Origin: Callorhinchus milii
Taxonomy: Eukaryota
Length of the DNA stretch: 64,000 nt
NCBI RefSeq assembly: GCF_018977255.1
Contig: NW_024704807.1
Coordinates: forward strand, 62,001-126,000
Reading direction: 5' to 3'
Made by a program: the position numbers and the translations under genes. The stretch's first letter is position 1. Each line of letters starts with the position of its first letter. Below the pieces are notes generated by a model that had not been told where the DNA came from, did no database searches, and saw only the letters and a list, made by a program, of their open reading frames with translations. This document shows, piece by piece, positions 12,120-25,022 of the stretch.

Positions 12120-13028
12120 AGAAGAGAGGGAGTGATAACACAGATATACGTAGAGCTGTCAGACACCTGCAGCTCAGAGATGGATAATCTGGTTACAGAT
12201 TGGGAACTGTCAAGCTGAGAAGAGAATCGATTTCCAATTCCAGCTCATTTGGTTTCCTTGTTATTGTATGAGAATCTCCAAACCATAAACTCTGGTTGTT
12301 TGACTGGATATAGGCGGAACCAGAACTGAATGAAAGCGCTCTAATTCGTGAAATAGATACAAACAAAAGTCACAGCATCTCCTTCTTTCTTCAGCAGCGT
12401 GGCAGCTTTCTGACTGACAGAGTCCTCTCCACAGAGTTCTGTAATAAACATGCAAGAGCACGACATTATATTATTTACTGCTGACCTGATTTATTTTTTC
12501 AGCGCCTTTGGATCTCCATCGGACCCAAAAGCCATTCCGAACATGTCATTTGTTAAAGCTGAGATATTAATACTGAGTGAATTTTCATAGTGCATTATCT
12601 TGTCGTCCAGACGTTTGAATCTGCTTCACTGAGTATACTATGAAGTGTATCTTCTGTATTTTCATGGGTGAAACGCGGCAGCTGTTTTAGCACAAGAGTG
12701 TTCCACAAACAAACGTGAAATGAGTGAACAAATTATTATTTGGTTTTCATTGCTACCCCTGCGTTCAGCAGCAGGATAACTATTGCTCGTGGGTAAAGAG
12801 AGGCATGTCGTAGAGTAGCGAAAATTGTCCAAGATTTCACCCTGCCCCGTAATCAAACCAAGATTCTCTCTCTTGTGTGGTGAGCTCTCTATCCTCTAAG
12901 TTAAAGTACTCCCTCCACCAATTGCTGTAGAAATTTATTTGATAATCAGCAGCAACTCTGAATTAGCTCAACAGGACCTCACCTGACATAAAGGTTCCCA
13001 TCACAAGACAGACAGCAAATAGCCTCAT
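12120..13028 (-). pseudogene. TCR alpha/delta V pseudogene, family B copy 1 (leader 12983-13028, exon 12120-12438)
   Basis: Leader MRLFAVCLVMGTFMS + GTGAGG. Exon has two in-frame stops (..CIYFTN*..KETK*). RSS CACAGCG-23-ACAACATCT. Confidence 0.9.
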
Positions 13029-13088
13029 TGCTGCTCTTCAGTCTGTGTGGTTGTGTCTGTGCCATCAGTTTGCTGATAACCCGCAGTG

Positions 13089-13133
13089 ATTGACGGCAAT
13101 GGCGGAGCCACAGTCTCACGTCACCTCATTGGC
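13089..13133 (-). promoter_or_regulatory. Putative family-B V promoter (CRE-like TGACGTGA with CCAAT)
   Basis: tcacgtca at 13116-13123, about 90 nt upstream of the leader ATG. The motif recurs at the other family-B genes. Confidence 0.6.
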
Positions 13134-14167
13134 ATCTCAGCCGCGTTTCAATACAATAACCAATTGCTTTGATAGAGCGGCTTTCACCAGTCAGCTGGGT
13201 AGAGAGTCCTCTCACTCAGCTACTATTAACCATGCAAGCTATAGCGCTAAAAAGAAGGGTGCTTATTGATCGACAAACATCGGGAACAGACAGCTCTATC
13301 AATGGTAAGTTATGTGGTTTTTGCTGGTTTCAACAATCTATCTCTGGGTTTTTCGTTTGTAGGTGGGATGCATGGAAGTATCAGCTATGTTTGGAGACCC
13401 TTAATCATGGTGATGCCTATCCTTAGTTGCTGGCCGAAAAAAACACCACAGAGAGAAAGTGGAATAGCAATATTTTAAAGGATTACAATTCTGTCCAGGG
13501 GATCAATTGGAAAGTCGTCTCACTCTTCGCTTGTAATTTAATGCAACCTTCGCAACGTCATATGACGGTGAACCAATAATTCTTCACAAACTGTCATTCC
13601 TGCCAGCCGTTGCTCCCGTTTCTTAACGGAAAATAAAAGAGTAATTTGCAATCATTTTACGGAAATTCCCATGCGATCATTAACTTCCACGTGCACAGAC
13701 AAGTTAGTAGCTCAGTCGAATAACAATAGCAGTCCTTTCATTTGATAAAGCACGTGTTAGAGATGTCTTAAAGAGCTTCGCAGAAAATATTGTAAATGGA
13801 AATCATCGTGCGTTTTGCGTCCGCCAAGAATGGAATATGTTTTATCTTTTATTTGAAGGATTTATTACCCCCCGGAAAAGTGATACAAAACACTGGAAGT
13901 CCGCCGGATATTCTTATCTCTTCCAAATGCTCCTCGAATTCAAAATACTCCACCACAAATTCCCTTGTGGATTAAAAATGACAATTTGTAAATGCTTAAA
14001 TTTAGCTGGCAGACATGTTTAATTTGTTGGAAATTAACAGTAATTGGCGCCTCTGAAGGCCAATGTGCCACAGTTCAGCTCAGCTTCATGTTTGATGCCA
14101 AACTTGAAGTAAAGCAATGACTGTGATAATAATGTGTTGAGGTTCCCAGTGATTTGTATCACCTGAG

Positions 14168-14380
14168 GCGCAGATTACAGTAACACAACCCGCTGTCAGT
14201 CACTCTGAGGCAACATATACTGAAGACCCCCCCCCTCCCACACACTAAATCCTCGCCTCACAATTATACTAATCTGTTCTGAGGCCCAAAGGGCAATTTG
14301 TCATTGCAATAGTTTACATTACAACACAGAATTGAACCAACATTGCCATTGGCAATTGTACATTTTGTATTTGCGTACTA
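14168..14380 (-). pseudogene. Degenerate TCR V relic (family G)
   Basis: Minus strand reads FSICCLRVTDSGLCYCNLRL. Paralogue of 1276-1480. Confidence 0.6.
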
Positions 14381-15275
14381 TTTACCAGCAATAAATAGGA
14401 ATCCGCTGTTATTCGATTGGTGAATCACTTTCCGAGTTAATAATCCCTCCGAAAGATGTTGGTCACTGCTAACCGTCAATCGACTAACAGATGAGTTCCT
14501 ACTTACTGCTATTTAAACAGAGGTGTGTGGCATAAAGAAACTTGCCCATCGTTTCGCCCACCGTGAGTCGAACCCAGGTCTCTCACTGTCGAGGTGAGTG
14601 TTCTAACCACTGAGCGACCGGACATCGCAGATATAAACTTTGAATCAATATTGGTCATTGATTGGAACTCTGGCACTTTGAAATACCGAACAATTGTTTG
14701 TCAGTCTGAAACTTTAGGAAACCCATCGCCAAGCTATAGAGACTCCAAATATCGCTACCTCCCATCTCCTCATGGAAATCACTGAAATAGTCTTTTTGAA
14801 TGGAATGAGCATTCTCCTCCCTTATGAAACTATGCAGTTTAGCTAAATCCGTCAATGATTAGCCGCAAGTTGGCGAGAACCAAGGCTTGAGGACCCCCAC
14901 ATTACGCTTTGGGCTAACTCTAGTTGCATAACCAGCTAATGCCACATAGTTTCCCGTTCACACCGCCAATTCGCAGCAACTTCTTTTTGCAGTATATTTT
15001 GTGAAGCCGTTTGAGACATCTCGAAGTCGCGATAAGGCGCTACATGAAATGTAAGATTCACTATTAATTCGTTCACTCTTTCCCTACACGAACTGTTCCA
15101 TCACATTTTGCTTGTGGTTGGCAATCAGCCGCGTGTTTCCTCTGAGAGACACAGGAGCAAAGTAAAAAATGTGAATTAGGTCAACTGTCAGCATTAACAT
15201 CTGTGCTGAGATGAGACCCTTTCTCTCCTCTTTGGAGGTTTATGCACAGTGATGTAGTCTGACAGTAACACTGTG

Positions 15276-15581
15276 TGTGTGATGGTACAGTAATGTTTGA
15301 CCATGTCAGGTAGAGCCACGGGGAACACAAATAGAGTGGATCTCTTCCTGCCCATGTACAGATTTGGCGTAAAATTTTGCGTTGCAAATTCAGCAATGAA
15401 TACATCCCCTCAGAATCATGTCTACTTGTGTACAGAGGAGGTTCGCTTGGATACTGACGGTACCAGAATATTAAAACATTGGTGGAATCAGCAGAGAAGT
15501 TGCAGCTCAGGGTTACAGTCTGTACTTCAGTAACAGACGTTTCCACCTCTGATGGTTCAACACTGACTCCATCTCCTGTCC
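15276..15581 (-). pseudogene. TCR alpha/delta V pseudogene, family A copy 2
   Basis: A 1-nt deletion in a G run after HDSEG (4 G versus 5 G in copy 3) shifts the frame. RSS CACAGTG-23-GCATAAACC at 15237-15275. Confidence 0.87.
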
Positions 15582-16723
15582 CTATAGCCAGAGAAAACAT
15601 GTTTATCAGTGTCATACAAAGCCCGGAGGTAAATCCACTAATTGTTTTAAGGGTTAGGGTGAAAGACTTAACATCATGCACAATAAAAGTGAATGTAACA
15701 TCGCAAAGGAATTAACAGCGCAAATGTGCTGCCCTGTTATACCACAAAGCACATAAGAACTTAAATTTACAATCAAAATATGTGAAGAGCTTTAAGTTAT
15801 ACTCTATACCGAAAAACATATAAGGACTGTTGTTCCTTCATCTCCAGGATTTATTTTCCATGCTGGGTTGTCAAAAAATCAGCCTTGTGCTCCAACGTAG
15901 GTCAAGTAATACCCATTGATTATCTTGACTTCATCTACTGCAAGTAACATAATAGCAATGATTGCATTTGATGGAGTGATTGTACATTTTCATCTGGAGC
16001 GCACACCTGTGTCCCACAAAAACAGTCGTGGATCAAGTAACAAAATTATTATGTGCCAATTATTTTTGCACAGTTCATTAACCCAGAAAATAATCTGACA
16101 GTCGACCAACAACCGCGTTCCCATTTACTGCAAGAAAAACAGAGGCGCGAGTATGGAGTAAGGAAACTTGACCAACGTTTCGCTCTGCCTGGGATTCGAA
16201 CCCACGTCCTCTCAATAACCATTAAGGTACAGGTCTCCACTGACTTTAAAATATCACTTTAAAAAACTATGTGTGAAAACATATGTAACAGCATTTTACG
16301 TACCCGCTCTAACAAACCAAAAATTAGATTGGGCATTTTTTACTGCAAAATATACAGTCAATTCAATTGAAGTATAATCTGAGAAGCGATTTGAGAAGTC
16401 TGAATGACGTGCTGCAACAAAAGTCAAATGGAAAGATTATGCTAATTGTTATTTTTATTTTAATTACTGTTATTATCAACATGTCAATCTTCCAACAAAC
16501 ATTTATCACAATCTTATCTCTGTGGTGAAGAATATCTCAAATATACAGTCAGAAAAGTATCACATATTTTAACTGACTTGATAAACCTCAAAAAGATGTG
16601 AGCTATGGTGTCAGTTGGCAGAAGGTTTGTTACACTCTCTGTCGCTAACTGTACTGTACTGTTTCCCAGCTTTAGTTGTGATGAGGGTTATTGTACGAGG
16701 TTTCCTATGATGTTATCACTGTG

Positions 16724-17025
16724 GTGCAGACTGAGTGCACAGTGATACATAGCGGAGTCTGTCAGCCGCAAGTCGGCGATGGTTAAAACGCTGATTTTCT
16801 TGGCAGTGTCAAGAGAAGCAGAAATATGATCTCCAGTGGGGTTTCCTCCCTCTCCTGAGGGTTTTCTGTGGAGCAGGTATTTCAGTCCCTCGCCAGGGGA
16901 CTGACGGTACCAGGAGACGCTGAAATTCTGTCCGCAGAATCCTGAATATTGGCAATGTAAATTTATCCTCTCACCAGCAAAAACAGTTTGTTCAGGCGGT
17001 GACTGGGTAACTGTAAACCTCGATC
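16724..17025 (-). CDS. Supporting TCR-delta V (leaderless) of NAR-TCR cassette 2
   Basis: Acceptor at 17026. Open exon SRFTVTQSPPEQ...HCQYSGFCGQNFSVSWYRQ...YHCALSLH with a CDR1 Cys. RSS CACAGTG-22-ACAATAACC at 16686-16723. Confidence 0.92.
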
Positions 17026-17279
17026 CTGCAGGATGCAAATTACAATTTACTTAGCGTCATGGAATCATTGAATCTTTCAGCACAGAAAGAGGCCATTCAG
17101 CCCATCGTTTCTGTGAAAAGAGCTTTGAAAAGAGCCAACCAATATAATCCCACTCTCTCCGCATGAACACATAGACCTTTATAATTCCTTTTGATGCATC
17201 GAACCAATTCCATACTGAAATTATCTTTCGAATCTGTTTCCACCACCCGTTGAGGCAGCACATTGCATTCAATAGGAAT

Positions 17280-17640
17280 TTTCAATGAAAATAAATTCTT
17301 CTGCTCTCCCAACCTGTGCTGTTACCACTTACCTTACATTTGGGTTCATTGGTTACTGAACCACTTCCCATTGGAATCATATTTTCCTTTTCTGCTCTAC
17401 CAAAAACACTCGCATCTGTGAACACTTCAATTAAATCTCCCCTGAACCTTCGGTGCTCTGCGGAGAACATTGCCAGAACATACAAATTAATTCCTTCTGT
17501 CCTGGTATCATTTTGCCATGTCTCTTTCCAAGGCCTTCACACACTTCCTAATGTGTCCGTGAAAGGTACAACGATACACGTAAGGATTAATGTTACATCA
17601 ACAGTAGAAAGAGCAAAGGAATGTATTAAAGTAGACAGCT
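17280..17640 (-). mobile_element. CR1 LINE 3' fragment
   Basis: ORF 17282-17485 contains FSAEHRRFRGDLIEVF, matching the CR1 ORF2 motif RRLRGDLIEVFK. Confidence 0.75.
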
Positions 17641-19059
17641 CTTTTAGCTGAGCCATGTTTTATTGCAGGCAAACCCTATGTTTATTTCTGTGACACCATT
17701 GAAAAGCATCTCGTAAGTGCACCGTTTAACTAAGCATTGAATCTCTAATTTTGTACTCGTTTGCTGTAGTGGATTGTCCACATTGAGGCTTTGGGTGTCT
17801 GTGATCATGGGAATCTTTAGCAGAGAATCAGGTGTCAGTTTGTACCGTTAACTCAGAGGGTTTACAGTTGAGGCAAATGGAAAGTTTCCCTTCTGTAAAT
17901 GTCGTTACTTTAACTTCGCTCCTGGAGGAGGTTCAGCCTTTGGTTTGTTGCCAACATCAGTTTCTCTCTCAGTCTGTGAGCTGCTAAATGCAGTTTCAAT
18001 TGTGCCAGNNNNNNNNNNNNNNNNNNNNNNNNNNNNNNNNNNNNNNNNNNNNNNNNNNNNNNNNNNNNNNNNNNNNNNNNNNNNNNNNNNNNNNNNNNNN
18101 NNNNNNNNNNNNNNNNNNNNNNNNNNNNNNNNNNNNNNNNNNNNNNNNNNNNNNNNNNNNNNNNNNNNNNNNNNNNNNNNNNNNNNNNNNAATCTTGGGC
18201 AAGTTTCCTTACTCCACAGGCCTAATAGTAATCCCTCCAGAAAAATTGCAATAATAGATTGGCCATTTTCAATTCATGTCTGTTTGTAGGACATTGCTGT
18301 ACGCAATTGGCTGCCGCGTTTGCCCACAAATATATAGTCAATTCCGTTTACAGTACATTCTGTAAGGGATTTGAGACGTTTAGAAGCATTATTATTATTA
18401 TTACTATTATTATCCCTCTTTTGCTTTGTTGCTGAGTTGCTTTCTTTGTTCCTTTGTTTCTTTGTTGCTTTCTTTCTTTCTTTCTGTCTTTCCCTCTTTC
18501 TCTCTAATTCTTTTTCATTCTTTCTTCAAATTTCATGTCTTCATTTCGCAACATGGAGTGTTTCCGCAGTCTTGGATATTGACTTCCTTGTTGGTGTAGA
18601 ATAAAGCAGAATTACCTGGGAACTCTCAGCGTATATGGAGAGAGTAAATTGGGTTAACGTTTCAAGTCGATGAAATTGATCCAGAACTGTAGACCCCACT
18701 TCTCGGGAGAGCAGGGGAGGATGTGCACAGTCACACATCGTTTTGTCCCAACCGCTCTTGTACAAATAAGTTACCAGAATTTATACCAATGTACTATGGT
18801 CATGTTCCTTTGGAACTACTATGCAGACGAAATCAGTGACTTTCAAAATATGGAAATAAATGTTGGTCATTTGAGAAACAAACTTTAAAGCAGGAGCTTA
18901 TTTTTACTTTCACATCCCAAACATCAATTTTGTTTCCAATTGGTTTGTTGAAATGGCACATTTGCACATAATTGGGAGCATCGGTTAGAATAATGTTTTT
19001 TTCACAAGCTCACGTAAATAAACTTTTATTTTCGCTCGTTAGAAATGTTTGCCACTTAC

Positions 19060-19115
19060 TTTTCGTTACAGTTACATTGGTTCCTGAACCATCTTCTGTA
19101 TGTTCACCGTAATAA
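19060..19115 (-). CDS. NAR-TCR J segment 2
   Basis: RSS on plus strand: CACAGTG (19116-19122)-23-GCAAAAACT. Encodes YYGEHTEDGSGTNVTVTK, then a phase-1 donor GTAAGT. Confidence 0.92.
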
Positions 19116-19494
19116 CACAGTGACACAGCTCTCATTCTGCAAGGTGCAAAAACTGTTCCATCGAATCATGGTTTAATCCTGTCACCAAAACAAGCAAATG
19201 CAGACAAATTGGTAATACATTCCTATATTTCACCACAGTCCCATTTGTATAATATTCGTTTGTCCAAATCATGCTTATTTTCAGTAAGTTTTCCACATAA
19301 ACACAGTCAAAGCGCAAAGCCCGAAGAACATCTTCCTGCAAATAATTATACAAAATGTGTGGAAATAATTAATATTCAAAGCTAACTTTCTGTACTTTCT
19401 GGAATACAAAACAGGACAATGTTAGCGGTGATCACGTCTCATGTATTTCCTGAAAATTAGCAGTGCGGTAATTGTGCTGATGTTTTCCAATGTG

Positions 19495-19507
19495 GCTTCC
19501 CAGCCAG
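19495..19507 (-). other. NAR-TCR D segment 2 (ctggctgggaagc), 12/12 RSS
   Basis: Plus strand reads ggtaattgt-12-caatgtg [D] cacagtg-12-acaaaaaca (19467-19535). Confidence 0.88.
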
Positions 19508-19895
19508 CACAGTGTTTAATGTGAACACAAAAACACAGGTTTGCAAAACAATTCAAATGATTTCGGCCATTTACAAATGATCAATTAATCACATAACGTG
19601 TAAAATCTTTTGAATATTTTCTTAGTAAATTTGCATGCCGTCTGTCCCTTGCAATAATTTATAAGGTATATGAATCCAAACAACGTAGTAACTTCAGATT
19701 GATACACACTCACTTTTCCTAAGTATTATAACTTATAGTCGCTTCTTAAAAGAAGTATTCTTAAACATAGCTGCACATGACACACGAATGAGGAATATGC
19801 ACTGAACTCATCGGCAAGTTCACATTCTCTGTGTTTTTCCTGTGAGTTGGTGACGGGGCTTTTTGTATTGTTGGAAGCCCAGATACGGCATTGTG

Positions 19896-20619
19896 GTATA
19901 CCAGAGATATCGAGCTCTACAGTAATAATCAGCGCTGTCTTCAACTTGCAAGTCATTAATTTCCAGAGAAGAGGACCAGGATCCCTTGTCTGTCTTCACA
20001 ACAAATCGTCCATCACGAGGAATGGGCTTCCAATCTCTTCCATTTGGAAACCGTCTGTAAAATTCCATACTCGTGAATTTGCTCGCAGAACTTGCAGTAA
20101 AGACACAGTTGATGGTCAAAGACTCGCATTCTTCTCTCTGAAGAGACGATGGCGTCTGCTTTACAGAGGCACTGAAAACATCTGAAAATTGTACGAAAAA
20201 AGAAATGCGTTAACAGATCTGCAGCACAGACCGATTCTATGAAAATTACCACCCAAGCCTTGGATTTATTTTGATTGATACCAATTAATATAATGTCATC
20301 ACGATATATTATATCATCATCATATCAATTGATGTAAATAATTTAAGATGATGTAATTATGATGGTATAATTGATAACAAATCCCTGCTGCATCCGTCCA
20401 CAAAACCACTGTCAATTCCATTTACAATACATAGTGTGAAGCGCTCTAAGACATCTCAAGGACTTGATCAGCGTACTACGTCGAAAGCAAGGATTATCGT
20501 AATTATTATATCGCACATTGTATTGATGATATTCATTGGTGCTGTGTAGTGCTGTGTTATGGAAACAAACACTTACATTGTGAGAAGAGGAAGGAGATGA
20601 AGACACAGAGGAGAGGCAT
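19896..20619 (-). CDS. NAR-TCR V2: leader 20577-20619, V exon 19896-20181
   Basis: Leader MPLLCVFISFLFSQ. Exon VFSASVKQTPSSLQREECESLTINC...EFYRR...DLQVEDSADYYCRARYLWY is open. RSS CACAATG-22-ACAAAAAGC at 19858-19895. Confidence 0.92.
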
Positions 20620-21285
20620 TCTCTCACCGCTGGGAGACAGCGTCAGCCCTGGACACATCAGAGTGACCGTGAGTAACACAGGGCTGTTCTGTAAGACTGT
20701 TGGAGACCTGCTTTATTTGTGATGAAGAGCGAATTACATCATGGCTGGTGTCAGCGGCTTTGAGGGGTGGGCGTTGTGTGGTTTGGGGGTGGGAAATCCT
20801 ATTTGAGGAAAGAGATTGACTAACTGTGCGCGAGACCAGGCGGCAGTGGAGGGCGATTTGGTGTTCACTGTTGACCACTCAATTAGGATTAAATTCACAA
20901 TTGACGGGAAGCCGAAGGCAGGAAATTTAAACTGACACTGGAAGTGGGACAAAGGTCGTGTGATGCAGAGAGCGGCTGTATTGAATGTTAGGAAAGACCG
21001 ATAAAGAAGATACTAATGCACCTTTGACTTGGAGAAGGATCTGTTGCAGTGACCAGCAGTGACCAGAGTGGGGAAACTGGTTAAAGCAGCAGGGATTTAG
21101 CGTGATATGGATGATGATGGGTGAGAAGGATGAAGGAGAATTTGGGGTAACGGAGTATAAGGTTAGTGCAATAATAGGAGCCTTATCTGTTAGGGAACTA
21201 ATTGATGGGCGGCTGCGAGGGGACATAGAGGGGATAGAGGAGGCAGCTATTAGAATGGTCACTTTACTGTATATCCTTTGAAACT

Positions 21286-21628
21286 GTGGAGTCCTGTAGC
21301 TCAGTGGTTAGAGCACTCGCTTTGCAAGTGAGATACCTGGGTTCAATTCCAGGCAGATGGCGAAACCATGGGCAAGTTTCCTTACTCCACACAGAGCCTA
21401 ATAATAATCCCTCCAGAAAAAAACAAAAATAAAATGGTCAGTTTCAATCCAGAACTCTGTGTGGAGCATTGCGGTGCGCAAATGGATACGGCGTTTCGCC
21501 AACAAATATAGAGTCAGTTCACTTTACAGCATAATCTGTGAAGCGCTTTGAGACGACTTGAACTTGTTTAAAGCACTATATCAAACGCAAGGATTATTAT
21601 TATTATTATTACTATTATTGTTGTTATT
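21286..21628 (+). mobile_element. Full-length tRNA-derived SINE
   Basis: tRNA-like head (gtggagtcctgtagctcagtggttagagc...gggttcaattcc), body and (ATT)n tail. The paralogous site at about 31495-31510 lacks it. Confidence 0.9.
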
Positions 21629-23639
21629 AAGCCCTTTAACAATTCTCAATGGCATTATAAGCTATGTTATCAAATCTCAGGATTATTATTTATCTGTGCC
21701 AGTCTGTTTNNNNNNNNNNNNNNNNNNNNNNNNNNNNNNNNNNNNNNNNNNNNNNNNNNNNNNNNNNNNNNNNNNNNNNNNNNNNNNNNNNNNNNNNNNN
21801 NNNNNNNNNNNNNNNNNNNNNNNNNNNNNNNNNNNNNNNNNNNNNNNNNNNNNNNNNNNNNNNNNNNNNNNNNNNNNNNNNNNNNNNNNNNNNNNNNTGT
21901 CTTTCTTCGACACCTTAGGCAAGTTTCCTGACTCCGGAGGTACAAACACACAGACACGCCTCGGTTTACATAGCAGCAACTAGGAAACTGCTTGCTTGCT
22001 AAATGCTCGCTCGCTCTGCAAGGGGTAATATTCCTGTAAAACATTAATAATTTGGTTAATTAATGGGTGTAGGACGCCGCGTTTTGCGGGCGAAATGCAC
22101 CAATTGTTTGCCGCGTTTTGCCTATCAAACACACAGTCACTACACTTTACTGTATTTGATGTGAAGCGTTTCGTGTCGTTATGGATGAGGTGATGAAGCG
22201 TTGTATAGAATGCAAGGAATGTTATTATAATTCATTATTTTCACAAACGTCACTGTCCATGAACATTGACCTGATTTAAAGGGTGTGGGAAGAAGCTGAT
22301 TACTGATGTTATCAGAAGTTTGGGATGAGATATTGTCTTGAACTATGGACTTGGAGGGCAAAGCAGTTTGACGGTGTGTGTGAGCTATAGGCAATAGTTT
22401 TATAATTGGAGCCAGTTTTCGCTCACTATCATGCTAACGCTTGCATAATATATGGTCGATTTCATGACTCAAAACTCTTCACAAATTATATTGAATAGTT
22501 GATTGGCTTTACATATTGTTGGTAAATTGAATCGGATAATTGTGCAGAGCAGTGTCCCACAGTGAATAGTGGATTGAGGGACGAAATTCATCTTTTACTT
22601 ATGTATTTACGGACATTTTAAATAAAATAATATATTTGGATTATTGACCCCCCGGTAAGCGATCTGCAAATGGACAGACAAGTATGTTCCAACTTACTGT
22701 TAGGTAAACGAAGGCGTGTATAGAGACAGGAATCTTACCTAGGAATCCAAACTGCACGGCCCATGTCCTCTGTGTTGCTGTAACCATTAATCTACAGGAC
22801 TCCGCATTACTTACATTGCTAAGTGCTTATGAGGAGTGCTCCCGATGTGTAATCCGCTGCATGAAAGTCAGTTTTATTGTGTTGTTTATGGCGGCATCTA
22901 ATGGTGTTTCAAAAGAATATCAGTGTCTGTGTTGTCTCGGGATTAGTTTATTGGTGAAACAAGCAAATTGGCTTAGATTTACCCCGGTGCCAATTGAGAG
23001 CAGACACGAAGACGTGCACCATCAGCATTCCTCTCTGATTAACACACTACATCTGAGCAACCACCTCTTCAACCACCGCTTCCCAACGTCTTTCCTCCTT
23101 TTTCCCAGGAAGTTCCCCAGCCACCCACCACCCCAGCTTCCACCCCCTCTTCCAAGCTCACCATCTGCAGTTCCCAACCTGCCCAGCTCTTACCACAAGC
23201 TCTCACCCCCTCCAAAACTCCCAACCCATCCACCCCACCAATGATATGGTATTCCCTCTTCTTCCTTGCAGTCAAACGAACAATATTCAACAACAACAAC
23301 AAAAACAACTTGGATTTATATAGCGCCCTCCATGCCGGAGGACCTCTCAAATTTTCGAAATGGGTTGGTATTGCTGCATTTGCAGAGCACAGTTAATCAA
23401 CAGAAGTGTAGACTGCTGCAGCTGACTGCCTGTCAACTTTACTCTCTGCAGTTACTGTGACACATAATAATGTGGATCTTCGGCAGACATACTGAATTGT
23501 GGTAGATGTGGCTTCCCCTGAAGTTCGCTGCACACAAAGATTGAGTCTGAACACGCACAGGGTTGATCAGATAGCCAGACCAAGCTCAGAATGCCAGTTT
23601 AGTTATTGTACGAGGCTGTGGTTGGTTCCCATCACTGTG

Positions 23640-24645
23640 GGATATAGGGAGAGACAGCAAAGTGATACACAGCGCTGTCAGACACCAGCAGCTCAGAGAT
23701 GGATAATCTGGTGACAGATTGGGAAGCGTCAAGCTGAGAAGTGAAACGATTTCCAATTCCATCTCCTTTCCTTTCCTCTTCGTAACGTGAATATTTTCGC
23801 AGTATAAATTGTGGCTGTTTGTCTGGGTAATGTCGGTACCAGAAGAGATAGTAATAGCTTTCATTCATGGAATAGGTACGTTCAAAAGTCACGTTTCCTC
23901 CCACTTTCTTAAACATCACGGCACCTTTCTGACTGACAGGGTCCCCACGGCAGAGTTCTGCAATAAACATGGAAGATAACGACATTATATTATTAAAAAA
24001 TTGCCTGAATTAATTTCTCAGCGCCTTGTGACGTTATCCTGATGAGAAAGATTCCATGTAGACTTCAATTGTAATAAAGTAACAGTAATAATCGCTGTGT
24101 TTAACATATCGGATTATCACATTGTTGGGAATTCTGAAAGCGCTCCACACAATATTACTGTAAAGTGAATTGCTGAGTATTTTTATGGGGGAAAGGCAGC
24201 AGCCATTGCGCACAGGAGTGTCCCACAATTAGACGTGGACTGGGTTGTCATATTTTATTTTTAATTCTGTGAGGCCTTTATTATCCGCGGTAAAGCGATC
24301 CGCCAATCCAGTAAAAAGGTTTGAGAAATTATCACCAATTGGAAGTTATTATTAGCACATTGTGTTCAAAGGGTACTGAAGGAATCAGTGTCGTTCTTGT
24401 TAATAGATGACCACAGGCTTGTGAGTGGAGACAAAATTGACAAAGGTTTCGTCGTGTCCTGTCCGGGAATCGAACCCACGTCCTCTCACTTGAGAGGCGA
24501 GTGCTGTAACAACTGAGCTACAGACTTCCCTCCAACAAATGTTGTTGTAATGGAGCTCACCATCAGCAGCAATACGGAATCAGCTCAACACGGCCTCACC
24601 TGACATGAAGGTTCCCAGCACCAGACAGACAGCAAACAGCCTCAT
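23640..24645 (-). pseudogene. TCR alpha/delta V, family B copy 2: open frame but both canonical Cys lost (leader 24600-24645, exon 23640-23957)
   Basis: Leader MRLFAVCLVLGTFMS. Exon has TFERTYS (TGT>CGT) and VYHFAV (TGT>TTT). RSS CACAGTG-23-ACAATAACT is intact. Confidence 0.8.
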
Positions 24646-24704
24646 TGCTGCTCTTCAGTCTGTGTGGTTGTATCTGTGTCATCAGTTTGCTGATAACCCG
24701 CAGT

Positions 24705-24750
24705 GATTGTCGGCATTGGCGGACCCACAGTCTCCCGTCACGTCAATGGC
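24705..24750 (-). promoter_or_regulatory. Putative family-B V promoter (CCAAT + CRE-like)
   Basis: cattggc followed by tcacgtca (24738-24745), upstream of the leader. Confidence 0.55.
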
Positions 24751-25022
24751 ATCTTAGCCGCGTTTCAACACAACAGCCAATTACTTTTATACAGAGGCTT
24801 TGACCAGTCATTCTCGCTGAACTACTGGTAACTCTGCAAGCCAATGCTTCGAAGTAGAGACAAACCAAATTTTCCAGGAATCTCAAAGCGCTTCACAGCA
24901 TACACGATCAAGTGTAGTGACTGTAATTTTTGCGAGCGAAATGCGGCAGGTTATTTTTTTGAAAGTGTTATTATCGGCGGAAAAGCAATCCGGCAATCAG
25001 GTTCGTACAAACTGAGAGGTAA

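Noticed and set aside
17032-17040. Ig octamer ATTTGCAT next to the supporting V acceptor (also about 29829)
   Set aside because: It lies inside the polypyrimidine tract and is absent from the other two supporting Vs. Probably chance.
18009-18190. N runs (18009-18190, 21710-21897, 31164-31340, 31596-31730, 32302-32446, 51166-51406, 53766-53900) and ORFs crossing them
   Set aside because: Gaps or masking at simple repeats. The X-containing ORFs are artefacts.
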